Shown in pieces: positions 11,528-22,600 of a DNA stretch of 64,000 nucleotides. The DNA is from Legionellales bacterium. Lineage in GTDB: Bacteria > Pseudomonadota > Gammaproteobacteria > M30B25. The stretch spans positions 2,018 to 66,017 of the forward strand of contig JBDOIW010000021.1 of NCBI GenBank assembly GCA_047404175.1, read 5' to 3'. The notes beneath the pieces are model-generated. The model did no database searches. It saw nothing but the letters and a program-made list of their open reading frames with translations, and was not told the DNA's origin. The first letter of the stretch is position 1. Every line of letters begins with the position of its first letter. The translations under genes were made by a program, and so were the position numbers.

Positions 11528-11932
11528 ATGCGACACTTAAAAGCCAGCAGAAAATTTGGTAGAACTTCTAGTCATCGTGAGGCTATGTTTGCCAACATGA
11601 GTAATTCACTGTTTACTCATGAGTTAATTAAGACAACGCTTACCAAAGCTAAAGAGTTGCGTCGAGTTGCAGAGCCGATGATTACTCGTGCAAAAGTAGA
11701 CTCGCTTCACAACAGACGCTTATTACTTGCAAAATTGCAAGATAAAGCTGTGGTAGAGAAGCTACTTAAAGATTTAGGTCCTCGTTACCATGCAAGGCCA
11801 GGCGGTTACTTGCGTATTATTAAATGTGGCTTTCGTCCTGGTGATAATGCCCCTATGGCTTATGTTGAGCTTGTAGGTCGTCAGGTTAAGTCTGAGGATG
11901 CAGTTGTCGAAGAGGTAAAAGAAGAGTCTTAA
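11528..11932 (+). CDS. rplQ: 50S ribosomal protein L17
   Basis: [24 protein letters not shown]...[25 protein letters not shown] matches L17. Confidence 0.95.
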   Translation: MRHLKASRKFGRTSSHREAMFANMSNSLFTHELIKTTLTKAKELRRVAEPMITRAKVDSLHNRRLLLAKLQDKAVVEKLLKDLGPRYHARPGGYLRIIKCGFRPGDNAPMAYVELVGRQVKSEDAVVEEVKEES

Positions 11933-11950
11933 TTCCAGAATTTGGCACAT

Positions 11951-11986
11951 AAAAAAAGCTGTCTACTAGAGACAGCTTTTTTTTTA
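11951..11986. terminator. Rho-independent (bidirectional) terminator ending the alpha operon
   Basis: An A-run, then stem AGCTGTCT / AGACAGCT (8 bp perfect, loop ACTAG), then T9. Confidence 0.85.
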
Positions 11987-11996
11987 CCTATTAGAT

Positions 11997-12116
11997 TCAT
12001 TCTTCATCCATATCCATGTCGTCGACTTCATCTAATAAGTCATCATCGATGTCGATAAGTTCTTCATCAATGTCAATATCCATTAAATCGTCATCCATCA
12101 TGTTTTCATCTGTCAT
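11997..12116 (-). CDS. Candidate small ORF encoding a 39-aa extremely acidic peptide (MTDENMMDDDLMDIDIDEELIDIDDDLLDEVDDMDMDEE)
   Basis: Hand-translated minus-strand ORF with a GAGGA Shine-Dalgarno ~8 nt upstream of the ATG. No homology recognised, and it could be spurious. Confidence 0.25.
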   Translation of the reverse strand: MTDENMMDDDLMDIDIDEELIDIDDDLLDEVDDMDMDEE

Positions 12117-12434
12117 TGTAGAGTCCTCATGGTTAAATACTACAGTTGAATTATAGTCGTTTTCTTTATTTTGTATGGTTCTAAGTATGCTTGTGATCTG
12201 TCTTTGATTTTTTCAGCATACATGCCGCAGAATTGATGACAAATCCATGGTCCTCGAGAAAAAAGACCAATTCGGGAGTTATGTGTGGTTGCGGGGAAGT
12301 CTTCGTGTTATATGATGACCCTCAAGTCGCACAAAAAAGAGCTTGCGCTGTGGCCAAGATAGGTGATGATTTCAGCGAACAGAGAAGCTAGGGATAAGAT
12401 TCTAGCACTATGTTTTATGGCATACTATTGGTTG

Positions 12435-12725
12435 CTTGAGTATACAGTAGCACAAGCTTAGCACGCGTTATTGCTGACTTGAGTATATAGAAGCGCATGC
12501 ATGAGCTTAGCTCGCGTTATTGCTGACTTGAGTATATAGATGCACAAGCATAAGCCTAGCTCATGTAATTGGTGGCTTTGAGTATACAGTAGCACAAGCT
12601 TAGCATGCGTTATTGCTGACTTGAGTATATAGATGCACAAGCATAAGCCTAGATCACTTAATTGATAGCTTGAGTATATAGATACATAAGAACAAACTTA
12701 GCTCACGTTTTACTATGCCTTAACC
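12435..12725. repeat. Intergenic tandem array of six degenerate 43-51-nt direct repeats (unit begins CTTGAGTATA[C/T]AG). Organised as two ~143-nt higher-order copies, A-B-B' / A-B-B''.
   Basis: Units start at 12435, 12478, 12527, 12577, 12620 and 12669. Units 1 and 4 differ by one base. Units 3 and 5 are near-identical over ~35 nt. Confidence 0.8.
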
Positions 12726-12750
12726 TATGGCTCAAATATGTACAGGGTGA

Positions 12751-13215
12751 CTAGAATGGAATATCATCATCATTGAATGGAGCACCCTCAGTTGCTGCTG
12801 CTGCAGGCTGTGGGGTAGAAGATGCCGGAGTACTTGCTGTTTGATTGTATTGGTTGGGTGCTTCTTGAGCTCCTCCCATACGACTGTCGAGCATTTGCAT
12901 CTCGTTGGCGATAATTTCAGTAGTATAGCGATCTTGACCACTTTGATCTTGCCATTTACGTGTGCGAAGGCTACCTTCAATATAAAGCTTACTTCCTTTT
13001 TTAACATACTCGCCTACGATTTCAGCGAGGCGGTTGAAGAAGACTATTCTATGCCACTCAGTGCGCTCGTTTGACTCACCTGTGGCCTTATCTTTCCAGG
13101 ATTCACTAGTAGCAATAGAAACATTGGCAACAGCGCTGTTGTTGGCGGTGTATCGTATTTCAGGATCGTTTCCTGTATTACCTACGATGATTACTTTATT
13201 AATACCTCTTGCCAT
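12751..13215 (-). CDS. ssb: Single-stranded DNA-binding protein
   Basis: [23 protein letters not shown]... OB-fold core, Gln/Pro/Ala-rich linker and the canonical C-terminal DDDIPF tail. Confidence 0.95.
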   Translation of the reverse strand: MARGINKVIIVGNTGNDPEIRYTANNSAVANVSIATSESWKDKATGESNERTEWHRIVFFNRLAEIVGEYVKKGSKLYIEGSLRTRKWQDQSGQDRYTTEIIANEMQMLDSRMGGAQEAPNQYNQTASTPASSTPQPAAAATEGAPFNDDDIPF

Positions 13216-13218
13216 AGT

Positions 13219-14601
13219 TTACTCCTCACTTAATTTTCTTTGCTTTAGCCAATCGGCAAGGATTGAATCTAAAGAAGGTCTATTCACCATTCTACTGTCA
13301 AATTTTAAATAAGCAATACCGTCATCAGACATAATTTTGGCTTCATACAGGCCTTTTATGGAAAGTAGATGTTGCTCAAGTTGTTGACAGCTTCGAGATG
13401 ATTGTAAATTAACTTTGACAAGATAACTACTTAGGTAAGACGGCTGCTTCATAGGAAGAGTTATCATAAGCCATAATACGCATAAACCCATGACGAAAAA
13501 AAGAAGATGCTGTGGATCAAAATAAGTCAATATAATGCCGCCAAAATAGGCGCCGGCAAATGATCCTAGAAACTGTGAACTAGAAAAAATACCCATGGCC
13601 GTGCCTTTTCTATTGGCTGGGGTAATTTTTGACACAAGAGAGGGGAGGAATGACTCGCCAAGCCCAAAAGCTGAGAAGAAAATGAGGAGTGCCATTATCA
13701 CAGTAAGCTTTGTAGGGGAAACAAGAGAGAGTAAAAGCACAGAGGCTATAAGAGCTATAATAACGCCCAGAAGCATTCCTTTGATGATACGTTGCTTTTC
13801 GCCTACAAATGTTCCTCCAAGCATAATGGGTAGTGCGCCTATAAGTGCCGGAGCGTAGATGTCTAAGCTAGAGGATGCTGAGGCTTGTGCAACCATCTGG
13901 GGAAGAACAAGGAAAACAGCAGTGAGTAGCGCGTGGAGTGTAAAAATACCAAATGCTAAGCGTATTAGTTCTTTCTGAGCAAGCATAGATTGTAGTTCTG
14001 ATAGCATAACACTGGTATCTCGATGAAAGGACTCACATTCAGGGTTTGGGACTGCCGTGTGAAGTAAAATTAGGCTGATAATAGCCATACCACTTGTGAC
14101 CCAGAAAATGCCGGATAGACCACTGTGGCTATAGATACTTGAGCTAAGAAGCATGGCTAGCCCAAATGATAAGGCGATATTAAGTCCTACTATGGCCATG
14201 GCTTGAGACCGTTCTTCTTCAGGTGTGATGTCAGCGATGAAAGCCAGAGTGGTGGATCCAATGGCACCCATGCCTTGGAGAGACCTGCCAACAATAAGGC
14301 CCATTATGCTAGATGAGAGGGCGGCTACAACACTGCCAAGAAGAAATAGCAGTAGCCCTAGGGTCATAATGTTTTTGCGCCCATAACGATCAGATAGTAA
14401 GCCAAATGGCATCTGTAATGCTGCTTGAAAGAGTCCATAGATACCTAATGCAAGACCTGCTAGAAAAGGTGTTACGCTTGGTATGTCTTGGGTTGCCAGT
14501 GACAAAACTGGCATTAATAAGAACATTCCAAGCATGCGTGTAGCAAAAATACCAGCTAATGACAGGATGCCCGATCGATTTGTCCATGACATGGTGTTCA
14601 C
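13219..14601 (-). CDS. MFS-family transporter (12 TM) with a ~70-aa soluble C-terminal tail
   Basis: 460 aa with hydrophobic helix periodicity and the MFS-like motif GLLSDRYGRKNIM. Ends 4 nt upstream of ssb. Confidence 0.7.
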   Translation of the reverse strand: MNTMSWTNRSGILSLAGIFATRMLGMFLLMPVLSLATQDIPSVTPFLAGLALGIYGLFQAALQMPFGLLSDRYGRKNIMTLGLLLFLLGSVVAALSSSIMGLIVGRSLQGMGAIGSTTLAFIADITPEEERSQAMAIVGLNIALSFGLAMLLSSSIYSHSGLSGIFWVTSGMAIISLILLHTAVPNPECESFHRDTSVMLSELQSMLAQKELIRLAFGIFTLHALLTAVFLVLPQMVAQASASSSLDIYAPALIGALPIMLGGTFVGEKQRIIKGMLLGVIIALIASVLLLSLVSPTKLTVIMALLIFFSAFGLGESFLPSLVSKITPANRKGTAMGIFSSSQFLGSFAGAYFGGIILTYFDPQHLLFFVMGLCVLWLMITLPMKQPSYLSSYLVKVNLQSSRSCQQLEQHLLSIKGLYEAKIMSDDGIAYLKFDSRMVNRPSLDSILADWLKQRKLSEE

Positions 14602-14658
14602 TTGTTGGTTGTGGTAAGCCCTAGTTTATCATAACACATATGGGAGTGATACGATGTT

Positions 14659-14692
14659 TTGAAGGGGTTTTTATTTAAAAATGCTCTATAAT
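14659..14692 (+). promoter_or_regulatory. Candidate sigma70 promoter for the hpf-like gene (consensus -10 TATAAT at 14687-14692)
   Basis: TATAAT lies ~30 nt upstream of the ATG with an AAGAGG Shine-Dalgarno after it. The -35 element is poor (GGGTTT, 16-nt spacer). Confidence 0.3.
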
Positions 14693-14721
14693 ATTGCTAT
14701 ATTCAATAAAGAGGACAAATA

Positions 14722-15084
14722 ATGACTGTAGATGTTTATGTTGCTGTAAAAGGGGCTCGTCACCATAAAGCCTTGGATCGTGTGTTACAAGACAAAGTAG
14801 ACAAGCTTGAAAAAGTCTGCTCTGCATTGAAAGAATGCAAAATTGTTGTTTCCACTAAGCGCAAAGCTGCTCATTTGAAACAGTTTCGTGTGGATGTGGT
14901 TTGTTTTTTACAAAACTCCAAGAAAACTTTAACCGTGAAAAGTGAGGGCAGTGATCATCTTAGTCTTGCAGTTGCAGAGGCCTTTTCATCTTTGCGCCGT
15001 CAGTTAAAGAAGCAGGCTAGCCTTCGCAGTGCCTCCCATCGTCGTCATTTGAGCGCTTTGGATGAAAAGAAAAAAGCAGCATAG
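14722..15084 (+). CDS. Ribosome hibernation / sigma-54 modulation protein family (HPF/RaiA-like, short form)
   Basis: 120 aa. Pattern VKGARHHKALDRVLQDKVDKLEK...AVAEAFSSLRRQLKKQ resembles HPF/YfiA (ITGHHVEITPALREFV...KLEQ...AIDxLIDKLxRQL). Confidence 0.5.
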   Translation: MTVDVYVAVKGARHHKALDRVLQDKVDKLEKVCSALKECKIVVSTKRKAAHLKQFRVDVVCFLQNSKKTLTVKSEGSDHLSLAVAEAFSSLRRQLKKQASLRSASHRRHLSALDEKKKAA

Positions 15085-15396
15085 CTGAATACAATCAGTG
15101 CACAAGATAGGACCTAAGGCGACTATTTCTTTTATCTCGCCTTTTGTATTGAGCAAAAGGGGATGTAATCAAAAAGTCAAATATATAGAGCCTTATTTAA
15201 GGTGCTGGCTTCTTTTTTCTGTATTTTTTTGTGGAGCGACAGGAGATCTAACTAAAACTTTTTATCCCCTAATAATAACACTTCATACGCTGTTACTAAG
15301 ACAAAAACAAATGGATTTATTTTGCCTAAAAACACCGGAAAGGCCATATAATCTTGAAAAATAGGCTGGTTTTTGGCACTATAGTGCTTTAGATGT

Positions 15397-18270
15397 GTGT
15401 GTCTAAGTGGCAAAGAGGGTGTATTGACTCAATCATTGATTAAGATTCACGGGGCGAAAACCCACAACTTAAAATCTATCGATTTAGATTTGCCTCGAGA
15501 TAAACTATCAGTGGTGACAGGTCTTTCTGGCTCTGGGAAATCATCTTTAGCGTTTGATACTTTATATGCAGAAGGGCAAAGACGTTATGTTGAGTCTTTA
15601 TCTGCTTATGCTCGGCAGTTTTTGTCGCTTATGGAAAAGCCTGAAGTTGACCACATTGAAGGCTTATCTCCAGCGATTGCTATTGAGCAAAAATCAACAT
15701 CTCATAACCCTAGATCAACTGTTGGAACGATTACAGAAATCTATGATTATTTGAGACTTTTATATGCTAGAGTGGGGGATCCTCGTTGCCCTATCCATCA
15801 AGCTGCGCTATCGGCACAAACCATCCCAGAGATGGTAGATCAGGTGTTAAAGCTAGAGCAAGGTAGTGCCTGGATGTTACTTGCGCCTGTGGTGCGTGCG
15901 CGTAAAGGTGAGCATGTGAAGCTTTTAGATTCTTTGAAGGCGCAAGGCTATGTTCGTTTTCGCATTGATGGTGAAATGCTGGGGGTTGAAGATATTGAGC
16001 CTTTAACGGCGAATCAACAGCACTCTATTGACGTAGTAGTCGATCGTTTTAAAATCAAGCCCGATATTCAGTCTAGGCTTGCAGAATCCTTCGAAACGGC
16101 ACTTTTAATTGCCGATGGTATGGTCGAAGTGGCTCCCTATCCTGATGGCGATAAAAAGCAAGCTAAATGGTTCTCAGAAAAGTGGGCTTGTCCACATTGT
16201 GACTACAGCATGCCTACTCTAGAGCCACGTTTGTTTTCGTTTAATAGCCCCATGGGGGCGTGCCCTAGCTGTGATGGTTTGGGGGTTAGTTTAAATGTTG
16301 ATCCAAGTAAGGTGGTCGAAGATCCAAGCCTAACTTTAGCGCAGGGTGCAATCCGAGGATGGGACCGAAAGCACTTTTATTATTATCAGCTTTTACAGTC
16401 GCTTGCAGAACATTTTGACTTTTCTTTGGACATGCCTTTTTGCGATTTGCCACCTAAGATTGTGGATCTATTGTTCTACGGCTCGGGTGATGAGAAAATT
16501 ACATTTTCCTATTTAAGTCCGAGGCGCCGGCGCCGTGTGAGGGTGATGGCCTTTGAGGGGATTATCGCCAATATGAATCGCCGTTACCATGAGTCTGAAA
16601 CACAATCGGTGCGCGATGAAATTTTAAAGTTTATGACAGTGAATCCTTGTCCAGAGTGTCAGGGTATTCGTCTTAATCAAGCGGCACGACATGTTTATGT
16701 GGGTGGGAAATCAATCGGTGAGGTTGTAACTTTATCCATTGAGAAGGCGCTAGAGTTTTTTTCAGCGTTGCGTCTTGAAGGAAGCAAAGGAGAAATTGCT
16801 GAAAAGATCCTTAAAGAGATTAACGATCGTTTAGGCTTTTTAGTGAGTGTGGGTCTCAATTATTTAAGTCTGTCACGTCGAGCAGAAACCTTATCAGGTG
16901 GAGAGGCGCAGCGTATTCGCTTAGCGAGTCAAATTGGTTCAGGGCTAGTCGGGGTGATGTATATTCTGGATGAGCCAACAATTGGTTTGCATCAGCGAGA
17001 TAACGAGCGTTTGCTTGCCACACTCAAGCAATTACGTGATTTGGGCAACACAGTGATTGTCATCGAACATGATGAAGATGCTATTCGTATGGCAGATCAC
17101 ATCGTTGATATTGGCCCAGGGGCAGGAGTTCATGGTGGTGAAGTGGTGGCTGAAGGTGATCTAGAGGCTATTCTTAAGCATGATGCATCCTTAACAGGGC
17201 AGTATTTATCGGGCCGATTATCCATTGAGTTACCCAAGAAAAGGGTCAAAAAGGATCCAAAGCGTTTAGTTCGCATCAAAGGTGCAGATTGTCATAATTT
17301 AAAATCGGTGGATGTCACTATTCCGGTGGGTTTAATGACTTGTGTTACGGGTGTAAGTGGTTCTGGTAAATCTAGTTTGATCAACCAAACTTTATATTCA
17401 GAGGCTCAGGCTTATTGCCGGGTGCGTAATAAAGACAATGCTCCCAAGCTTGAGCATGTGCAAGGGCTAGATCACTTCGATCAAGTGATTCGCATTGATC
17501 AAAGCCCCATAGGACGCACGCCGCGATCGAACCCAGCGACCTACACTAATTTATTTGGGGTTATTCGAGAATTATTTGCAGGAACAGAAGAGGCCAGATC
17601 TCGTGGTTATAAACCTGGTCGTTTTAGCTTCAATGTCAAAGGTGGGCGTTGTGAGGCATGTCAGGGGGCAGGCTTAATCAAGGTCGAGATGCATTTTCTC
17701 GCAGACGTTTACGTCCATTGTGATCAATGTAAAGGCAAACGCTATCAAAGAGAAACGCTTGAGATACTTTATAAAGGCAAGACTATCAGTGATGTATTGG
17801 ATTTGACCATAGAAGAAGCATCGGAGTTTTTTGCTGCAGTCCCTAAGGTCTATAAAAAATTACAAACCCTGATGCAGGTGGGGTTGGGCTACCTAACTTT
17901 GGGACAGAGTGCTACCACTTTATCAGGTGGAGAGGCACAGCGTTTAAAGCTTTCGCGCGAGTTATCTAAGCGTGATACAGGCAATACCCTTTATCTTTTG
18001 GACGAGCCAACCACAGGGCTACATTTCCATGATATTAAGCAATTGCTTGAAATTATTCATACTTTGCGAGATCATGGAAATACTATCGTCATTATTGAGC
18101 ATAATCTCGATGTCATAAAGACAGCTGACTGGATCATTGATATGGGTCCTGAAGGTGGCGATGGTGGGGGACAGTTGGTCGCGATGGGAGCTCCTGAAGA
18201 GGTTATAAAGGAGTCGGCTTCATATACAGGTCGATGGCTAAAGCCATTGTTAGACCAAGCAAAGCAATAA
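15397..18270 (+). CDS. uvrA: Excinuclease ABC subunit A. The start may be TTG at 15424 ([17 protein letters not shown]), preceded by AGAGGG.
   Basis: Collinear with E. coli UvrA throughout ([38 protein letters not shown], zinc-finger CxxC motifs, second [11 protein letters not shown]...LDEPT). Confidence 0.97.
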   Translation: MCLSGKEGVLTQSLIKIHGAKTHNLKSIDLDLPRDKLSVVTGLSGSGKSSLAFDTLYAEGQRRYVESLSAYARQFLSLMEKPEVDHIEGLSPAIAIEQKSTSHNPRSTVGTITEIYDYLRLLYARVGDPRCPIHQAALSAQTIPEMVDQVLKLEQGSAWMLLAPVVRARKGEHVKLLDSLKAQGYVRFRIDGEMLGVEDIEPLTANQQHSIDVVVDRFKIKPDIQSRLAESFETALLIADGMVEVAPYPDGDKKQAKWFSEKWACPHCDYSMPTLEPRLFSFNSPMGACPSCDGLGVSLNVDPSKVVEDPSLTLAQGAIRGWDRKHFYYYQLLQSLAEHFDFSLDMPFCDLPPKIVDLLFYGSGDEKITFSYLSPRRRRRVRVMAFEGIIANMNRRYHESETQSVRDEILKFMTVNPCPECQGIRLNQAARHVYVGGKSIGEVVTLSIEKALEFFSALRLEGSKGEIAEKILKEINDRLGFLVSVGLNYLSLSRRAETLSGGEAQRIRLASQIGSGLVGVMYILDEPTIGLHQRDNERLLATLKQLRDLGNTVIVIEHDEDAIRMADHIVDIGPGAGVHGGEVVAEGDLEAILKHDASLTGQYLSGRLSIELPKKRVKKDPKRLVRIKGADCHNLKSVDVTIPVGLMTCVTGVSGSGKSSLINQTLYSEAQAYCRVRNKDNAPKLEHVQGLDHFDQVIRIDQSPIGRTPRSNPATYTNLFGVIRELFAGTEEARSRGYKPGRFSFNVKGGRCEACQGAGLIKVEMHFLADVYVHCDQCKGKRYQRETLEILYKGKTISDVLDLTIEEASEFFAAVPKVYKKLQTLMQVGLGYLTLGQSATTLSGGEAQRLKLSRELSKRDTGNTLYLLDEPTTGLHFHDIKQLLEIIHTLRDHGNTIVIIEHNLDVIKTADWIIDMGPEGGDGGGQLVAMGAPEEVIKESASYTGRWLKPLLDQAKQ

Positions 18271-18280
18271 GAGGATCATC

Positions 18281-19522
18281 ATGCAGGAAAATTCAGGTAA
18301 GTTTTGGGGTGGTGTGATGCTTATTGCAGGTACTGCCGTGGGTGCAGGGATGTTAGGCTTGCCTTTGAAAACAGGAGTCAGTGGTTTTTTTCCTGCAGCT
18401 TTTGGGCTTATCGCAGGCTTTTCTTTCATGCTACTTAGTTTGTTTGTGTTGCTTGAAGCCAATTTTTACCTTAACAACTGGGATGCTAATATTATTTCTA
18501 TGGCCAAGGCTCGCTTAGGTGTGGGCGCACAAGCTGTGGCATGGTTTTGTTTTTTGATGTTACTCTATGCGGCGCTTGCAGCCTACATGACTGAAGGTGG
18601 GGGCTTGATGATGCAGCTTTGGGCTAGTTTGCCAGAGTCATGGCAGCCAGCAGCGGGGCAAGATAGTTTTTATGGTGTGAGTGTCTTCTTACTTTTATTT
18701 GGTTCAGTTGTTTATTTTGGTACCCAAATTGTCGATTATGTTAATCGCTTGTTGATGATAGGTTTGATAGGCTCTTTTTGTACCTTAGTTTTTGCTTCTA
18801 TCCCTCATGTGCACTTAAGTTATCTTAATGAGTTTTACCCTCATGCTATTATTATATCGGTACCGGTCATTATTGCGTCTTTTACGTCACACTTAATTTT
18901 ACCTTCTTTGCGAATTTATCTAGAGAACGATTTGCAGCAGATAAAAAAGGTTCTCTTGTATGGTAGTTTGATTCCTTTGGCCTTGTATTTGATTTGGGAG
19001 TTTATCATCGTTGGGATGTTGCCTTTAGAGGGAGAAAATGGCTTAGCTGCCGTTGCTGCAGCAGCTCATCCTGTTGGCAGTTTGGCAGACGCTATGCATG
19101 GCCATTTATCAGGGCGCTTTGTGGGAAGTATTCTGGGTGGTTTTTCTTTTTTTGCTTTAGTCACTTCCTTTCTCGCGGTGGCATTAAGTTTAAGTGATTT
19201 TTTATCCGATGGTTTTGGTATTCCCAAGGCAAGCCCCTCAAAACGTTTGCTGCTGCTTACCATGACTTTTGTGCCTCCTCTATTAGTTTTGGTTCTATCA
19301 GCACATAGTGCCGTACCTGTGTTTTTAATTGCCCTAGGGTATTTAGGAGTGTTTATTGCAGTCCTCTATGGGATTCTTCCAGCGCTTATGGTTTGGAAGG
19401 GGCGCTACATTGAAAATATCGAATCGGAATATCGTGCGCCTGGTGGTAAAGCGGCTTTGATCTTTTTGCTTGTAGGCTCTTTGGCCATTATCGCGATTCA
19501 GGTTCATATTACTATGGGCTGA
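18281..19522 (+). CDS. Aromatic amino acid permease of the HAAAP family (TyrP/Mtr/TnaB-like)
   Basis: 413 aa, ~11 TM. The N-terminus GGVMLIAGTAVGAGMLGLPL matches the TyrP/Mtr signature (VAGTTIGAGMLAMPL). Confidence 0.8.
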   Translation: MQENSGKFWGGVMLIAGTAVGAGMLGLPLKTGVSGFFPAAFGLIAGFSFMLLSLFVLLEANFYLNNWDANIISMAKARLGVGAQAVAWFCFLMLLYAALAAYMTEGGGLMMQLWASLPESWQPAAGQDSFYGVSVFLLLFGSVVYFGTQIVDYVNRLLMIGLIGSFCTLVFASIPHVHLSYLNEFYPHAIIISVPVIIASFTSHLILPSLRIYLENDLQQIKKVLLYGSLIPLALYLIWEFIIVGMLPLEGENGLAAVAAAAHPVGSLADAMHGHLSGRFVGSILGGFSFFALVTSFLAVALSLSDFLSDGFGIPKASPSKRLLLLTMTFVPPLLVLVLSAHSAVPVFLIALGYLGVFIAVLYGILPALMVWKGRYIENIESEYRAPGGKAALIFLLVGSLAIIAIQVHITMG

Positions 19523-19639
19523 TTAATCTTCAGTTTCATTCTAGTAGCATCCTCGTTTCTTTTCACAGTGACACTCACAATTACGTGAAGTTGCCTGACA
19601 TGATTTAATTCTCGTCTATATTTAGTTCTGTATTTATAA

Positions 19640-22600
19640 GTGAGAATTAATATGCGTTTTAGATTTACCACTGGTATGTTGAAATCTTTGATAGTACACA
19701 ATAAATTTTTTGATCAAGCAACAATGAATAAGATTGGAGATATTGAGGTTATTAAAGCAAACAAAGAGACAATACTTAGTTCAATACCAGAAGGACAGCA
19801 AGCCTCAGCGGTTCTATTTTTGATGATGATGGGAGTGGTTAATCCACGTGGAACAAAAAAGAATGACCTGATAGAAATGGCCCAACAGTTGCACGGAAAA
19901 GTAGGTGTAGATGTAGAAATGGGTCCGGAAACCACTTTATTGGGGAATAGTACAGGAGGTCAGGATAATATGTATAGATCATGGGAGGGTTGTTATAGGG
20001 AGTGTCTAGAACAAGAGATCATCAGTAATGAGGAGGCACGTAATCTCATAAGTAAAATTAAATCTTTTGTGAATAGACATGGCGCGTCTGTGAGTTATCT
20101 ATTAGAAGAAGAAAATGAGCGGCTGAGTCAATCGCTTGCACCAAAAACAGCATCAGCACCAGCACGAGCACCAGCACGAGCACCAGCACGAGCACGAGCA
20201 CCAGCACGAGCACCAGCACCAGCACGAGCACCAGCACGAGCACCAACACCAACATCAGCACCAGCATCAAAAACAGCACTATCACCAGCACCAAAAATTG
20301 GTAGTAAAGGTCAGGGTAAAAGCGAAGTAAATGACAACCTGAAAAAAAGTTTTGAACAATATTTTAACTATATAAAACAACGAAAATATGGTGATGCCAT
20401 CAAAATATTAGACAGCATTCCTCTTCCCCCTTATTTAAAAAATATACTTATTCCAGTTAAACAAGCAGATGATCAAGAAGTAAAAGTAAGTCAATTAGAG
20501 AAGTTATATTCTTCATTAGGGGATAATAAAGTTGAAGCGATAGACTTTCAAAGACAATATATCACGGCCATGCTTGATGATGACAAGAAAGAAGCGGAAT
20601 CACTTTTTTCTGACAAAAAAGCATATCATGAACAATTAACTGGTGTCTCCAAGGGTTGGGAATCACAATTTAGTCACGAGAATGATCAGTATGACTTAAA
20701 AAAACATATTCAGGTGACTTGTTCACATCTTCGCCCTGCGTTTGATAGCTTGGATCAAAAACGATTACAGAAAATGTTCTTAAATGCGCTTGAAACTAAC
20801 CCTGATGCTGAAAAAGCTATAAATGCAGCCCAAAAAATCCCAGTCGATAAAGCTACAGGTCTATCTCTGAACACAGGTGCTATTACTGATATTCACGACC
20901 TAATTCATTCAAACAACACTAGCGAAGGCAAAGATAAGTTGTTAAGTTTTGTATCATCTGGAGGCCTAGGACAAGCCTCATCTGGAGGCCAAGCAAAAGC
21001 AGGCTTTACTAACTACCTTCTTGATAAGAATGTAACCCCTCCACTTTTTAAAAATTGGACTGTAGATCAACTTAATAGACTCTATCAAGAGCTAGGGAGG
21101 GAGTTGGGTCAAGGTAATAGGCTAGGAGACAGAAAGGCATCACCAAAGAACCAACGCTGGACAACAAAACGATTTCGTCAAGCTTTCTCTCGAAAAAAAA
21201 TAGACAGGAATGACCTGGTGCGAAAGATATTGCAACGTGCTCAAGTTGTACATGCAGCAGAATATTTTAATCAGGAAAAGAGCGCAGTTAAATCCCAAGA
21301 AAGTTATCCCAACATGGCTGCAGCTCTTAAGGAAAGAGAGGCTAGTGAGGTTAAAAATGAATTGAGTGCCAGAGAAGTAGAACAAAAGCGTATCACAGAC
21401 GCTGCCACAGCTGCTCCAGAGACTCCGTCTCTAAGGAGTTTATGTGAAGAATACAAAACTAAAAGAAGCAAGAGTAAAAGCCCGTCTCTTACACATCAAT
21501 TGGACCCCGAAAAATCCAATATTCTAAAAAATCTCGATAAGATGTTCTCAGATGAGACTGTTCCTAACGCCACTAATGAACTTACAGAACTTGGTCTTGA
21601 TGATAAGAAAATGATTTTACGTGATATATTGGACCTAAAGTCGGGGGGGCGGAAGGGGGCCACAGTTGACGTACAAATAAAAGAAGAAGTTCTTAAAACA
21701 GCGCCAGCGAGAGCCTTAAAAGCTTTACTTTGGAATATTACGAAGGCTGTTCCAGAAGTCGACATGGAGGAGGAAGAAATAACAAGAGTAGTCGACATGA
21801 AGAAGGTAGAAATAACAAGAGCTAGTAGATTGAAGGTTGGTGGAACACGACCGCTGCCGCCAGTATCACAAGCACTAACAAAACAACGCCAACGTATACA
21901 GAAAGCCATGAAAAGCTTATTGACGTTATACGAGAGCTGTAGTTCTAACGGAGAAGAATTGGAAAAAAAATTAAAAGCATGCCAATTAGGTAAGTCTCAT
22001 AAGGCAGCTTTGTATGTTCATGTTCTTGAAAAACAACCCGCAGTAGAGGGTCAGGCGAACAGTTATACATCTTCAGCAATCGTATATGCCTTCTATGGGA
22101 AGAGTTTAAAGTCACTACTAGGTCAACTCGCTACTACTCAGCCGTCTGACCAGGAACAAATAATTGGAAAAGTGAAGTTACTCCTAAAACAATGTGCAGC
22201 GTATACTAATAAAAAGGGTGGAACTTTGGAACAAACACTTAGAAGCATGGACTTCGGAGATAAAAGGAAGACGATGCTTGTGGAAAGAGTTTTTGGGCAG
22301 AAACCCTTTAAAAAGGCAGGTGAGCAGTATGGTTGCGGGCATATTGCTTCCCTTGTAGAAGCAGGTCCTCTTCCTTCCACACAAAAATCAGCTAGTCAAC
22401 AGCAAACCAGCTTGAAAGGCATGTTCGACAGAATAGATGACGATGGTGAAAAAGATGTTTTTTTGCGAAAACTCCAGGAGTTGCTTAATCAAGGATCAGT
22501 TGAAGAATATGAAAAAACAAGGGAAAATCTGATAGAGTCTGACCCGCAGCTAGATGGGGTTCTGCCAGAGACCCCAGGGCTCTTTGAGAACATGCTTGCA

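Noticed and set aside
12435-12725. CRISPR array interpretation of the tandem repeats
   Set aside because: Repeat units abut directly with no unique spacers. Units are degenerate and of variable length (43-51 nt). No cas genes are nearby. The ORF 12458-12640 inside the array is a repeat artefact.
15083-15100. Possible LexA/SOS box CTGAATACAATCAG right after the hpf-like stop
   Set aside because: Spacing is CTG-N8-CAG (14 nt), not the CTGT-N8-ACAG 16-mer, and it is not palindromic. It is also >290 nt upstream of uvrA.
15098-15364. 88-aa ORF upstream of uvrA
   Set aside because: It lies in the AT-rich uvrA promoter/leader region, has a Cys/Leu/Phe-rich low-complexity composition, and no Shine-Dalgarno. 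Likely spurious.
20058-20330. Track ORFs encoding (LV)n on the minus strand (20058-20294) and (HQHE)n on the plus strand (20136-20330)
   Set aside because: These are alternative-frame readings of the 12-nt APAR tandem repeat inside the 1005-aa gene. They are low-complexity frame artefacts, not genes.
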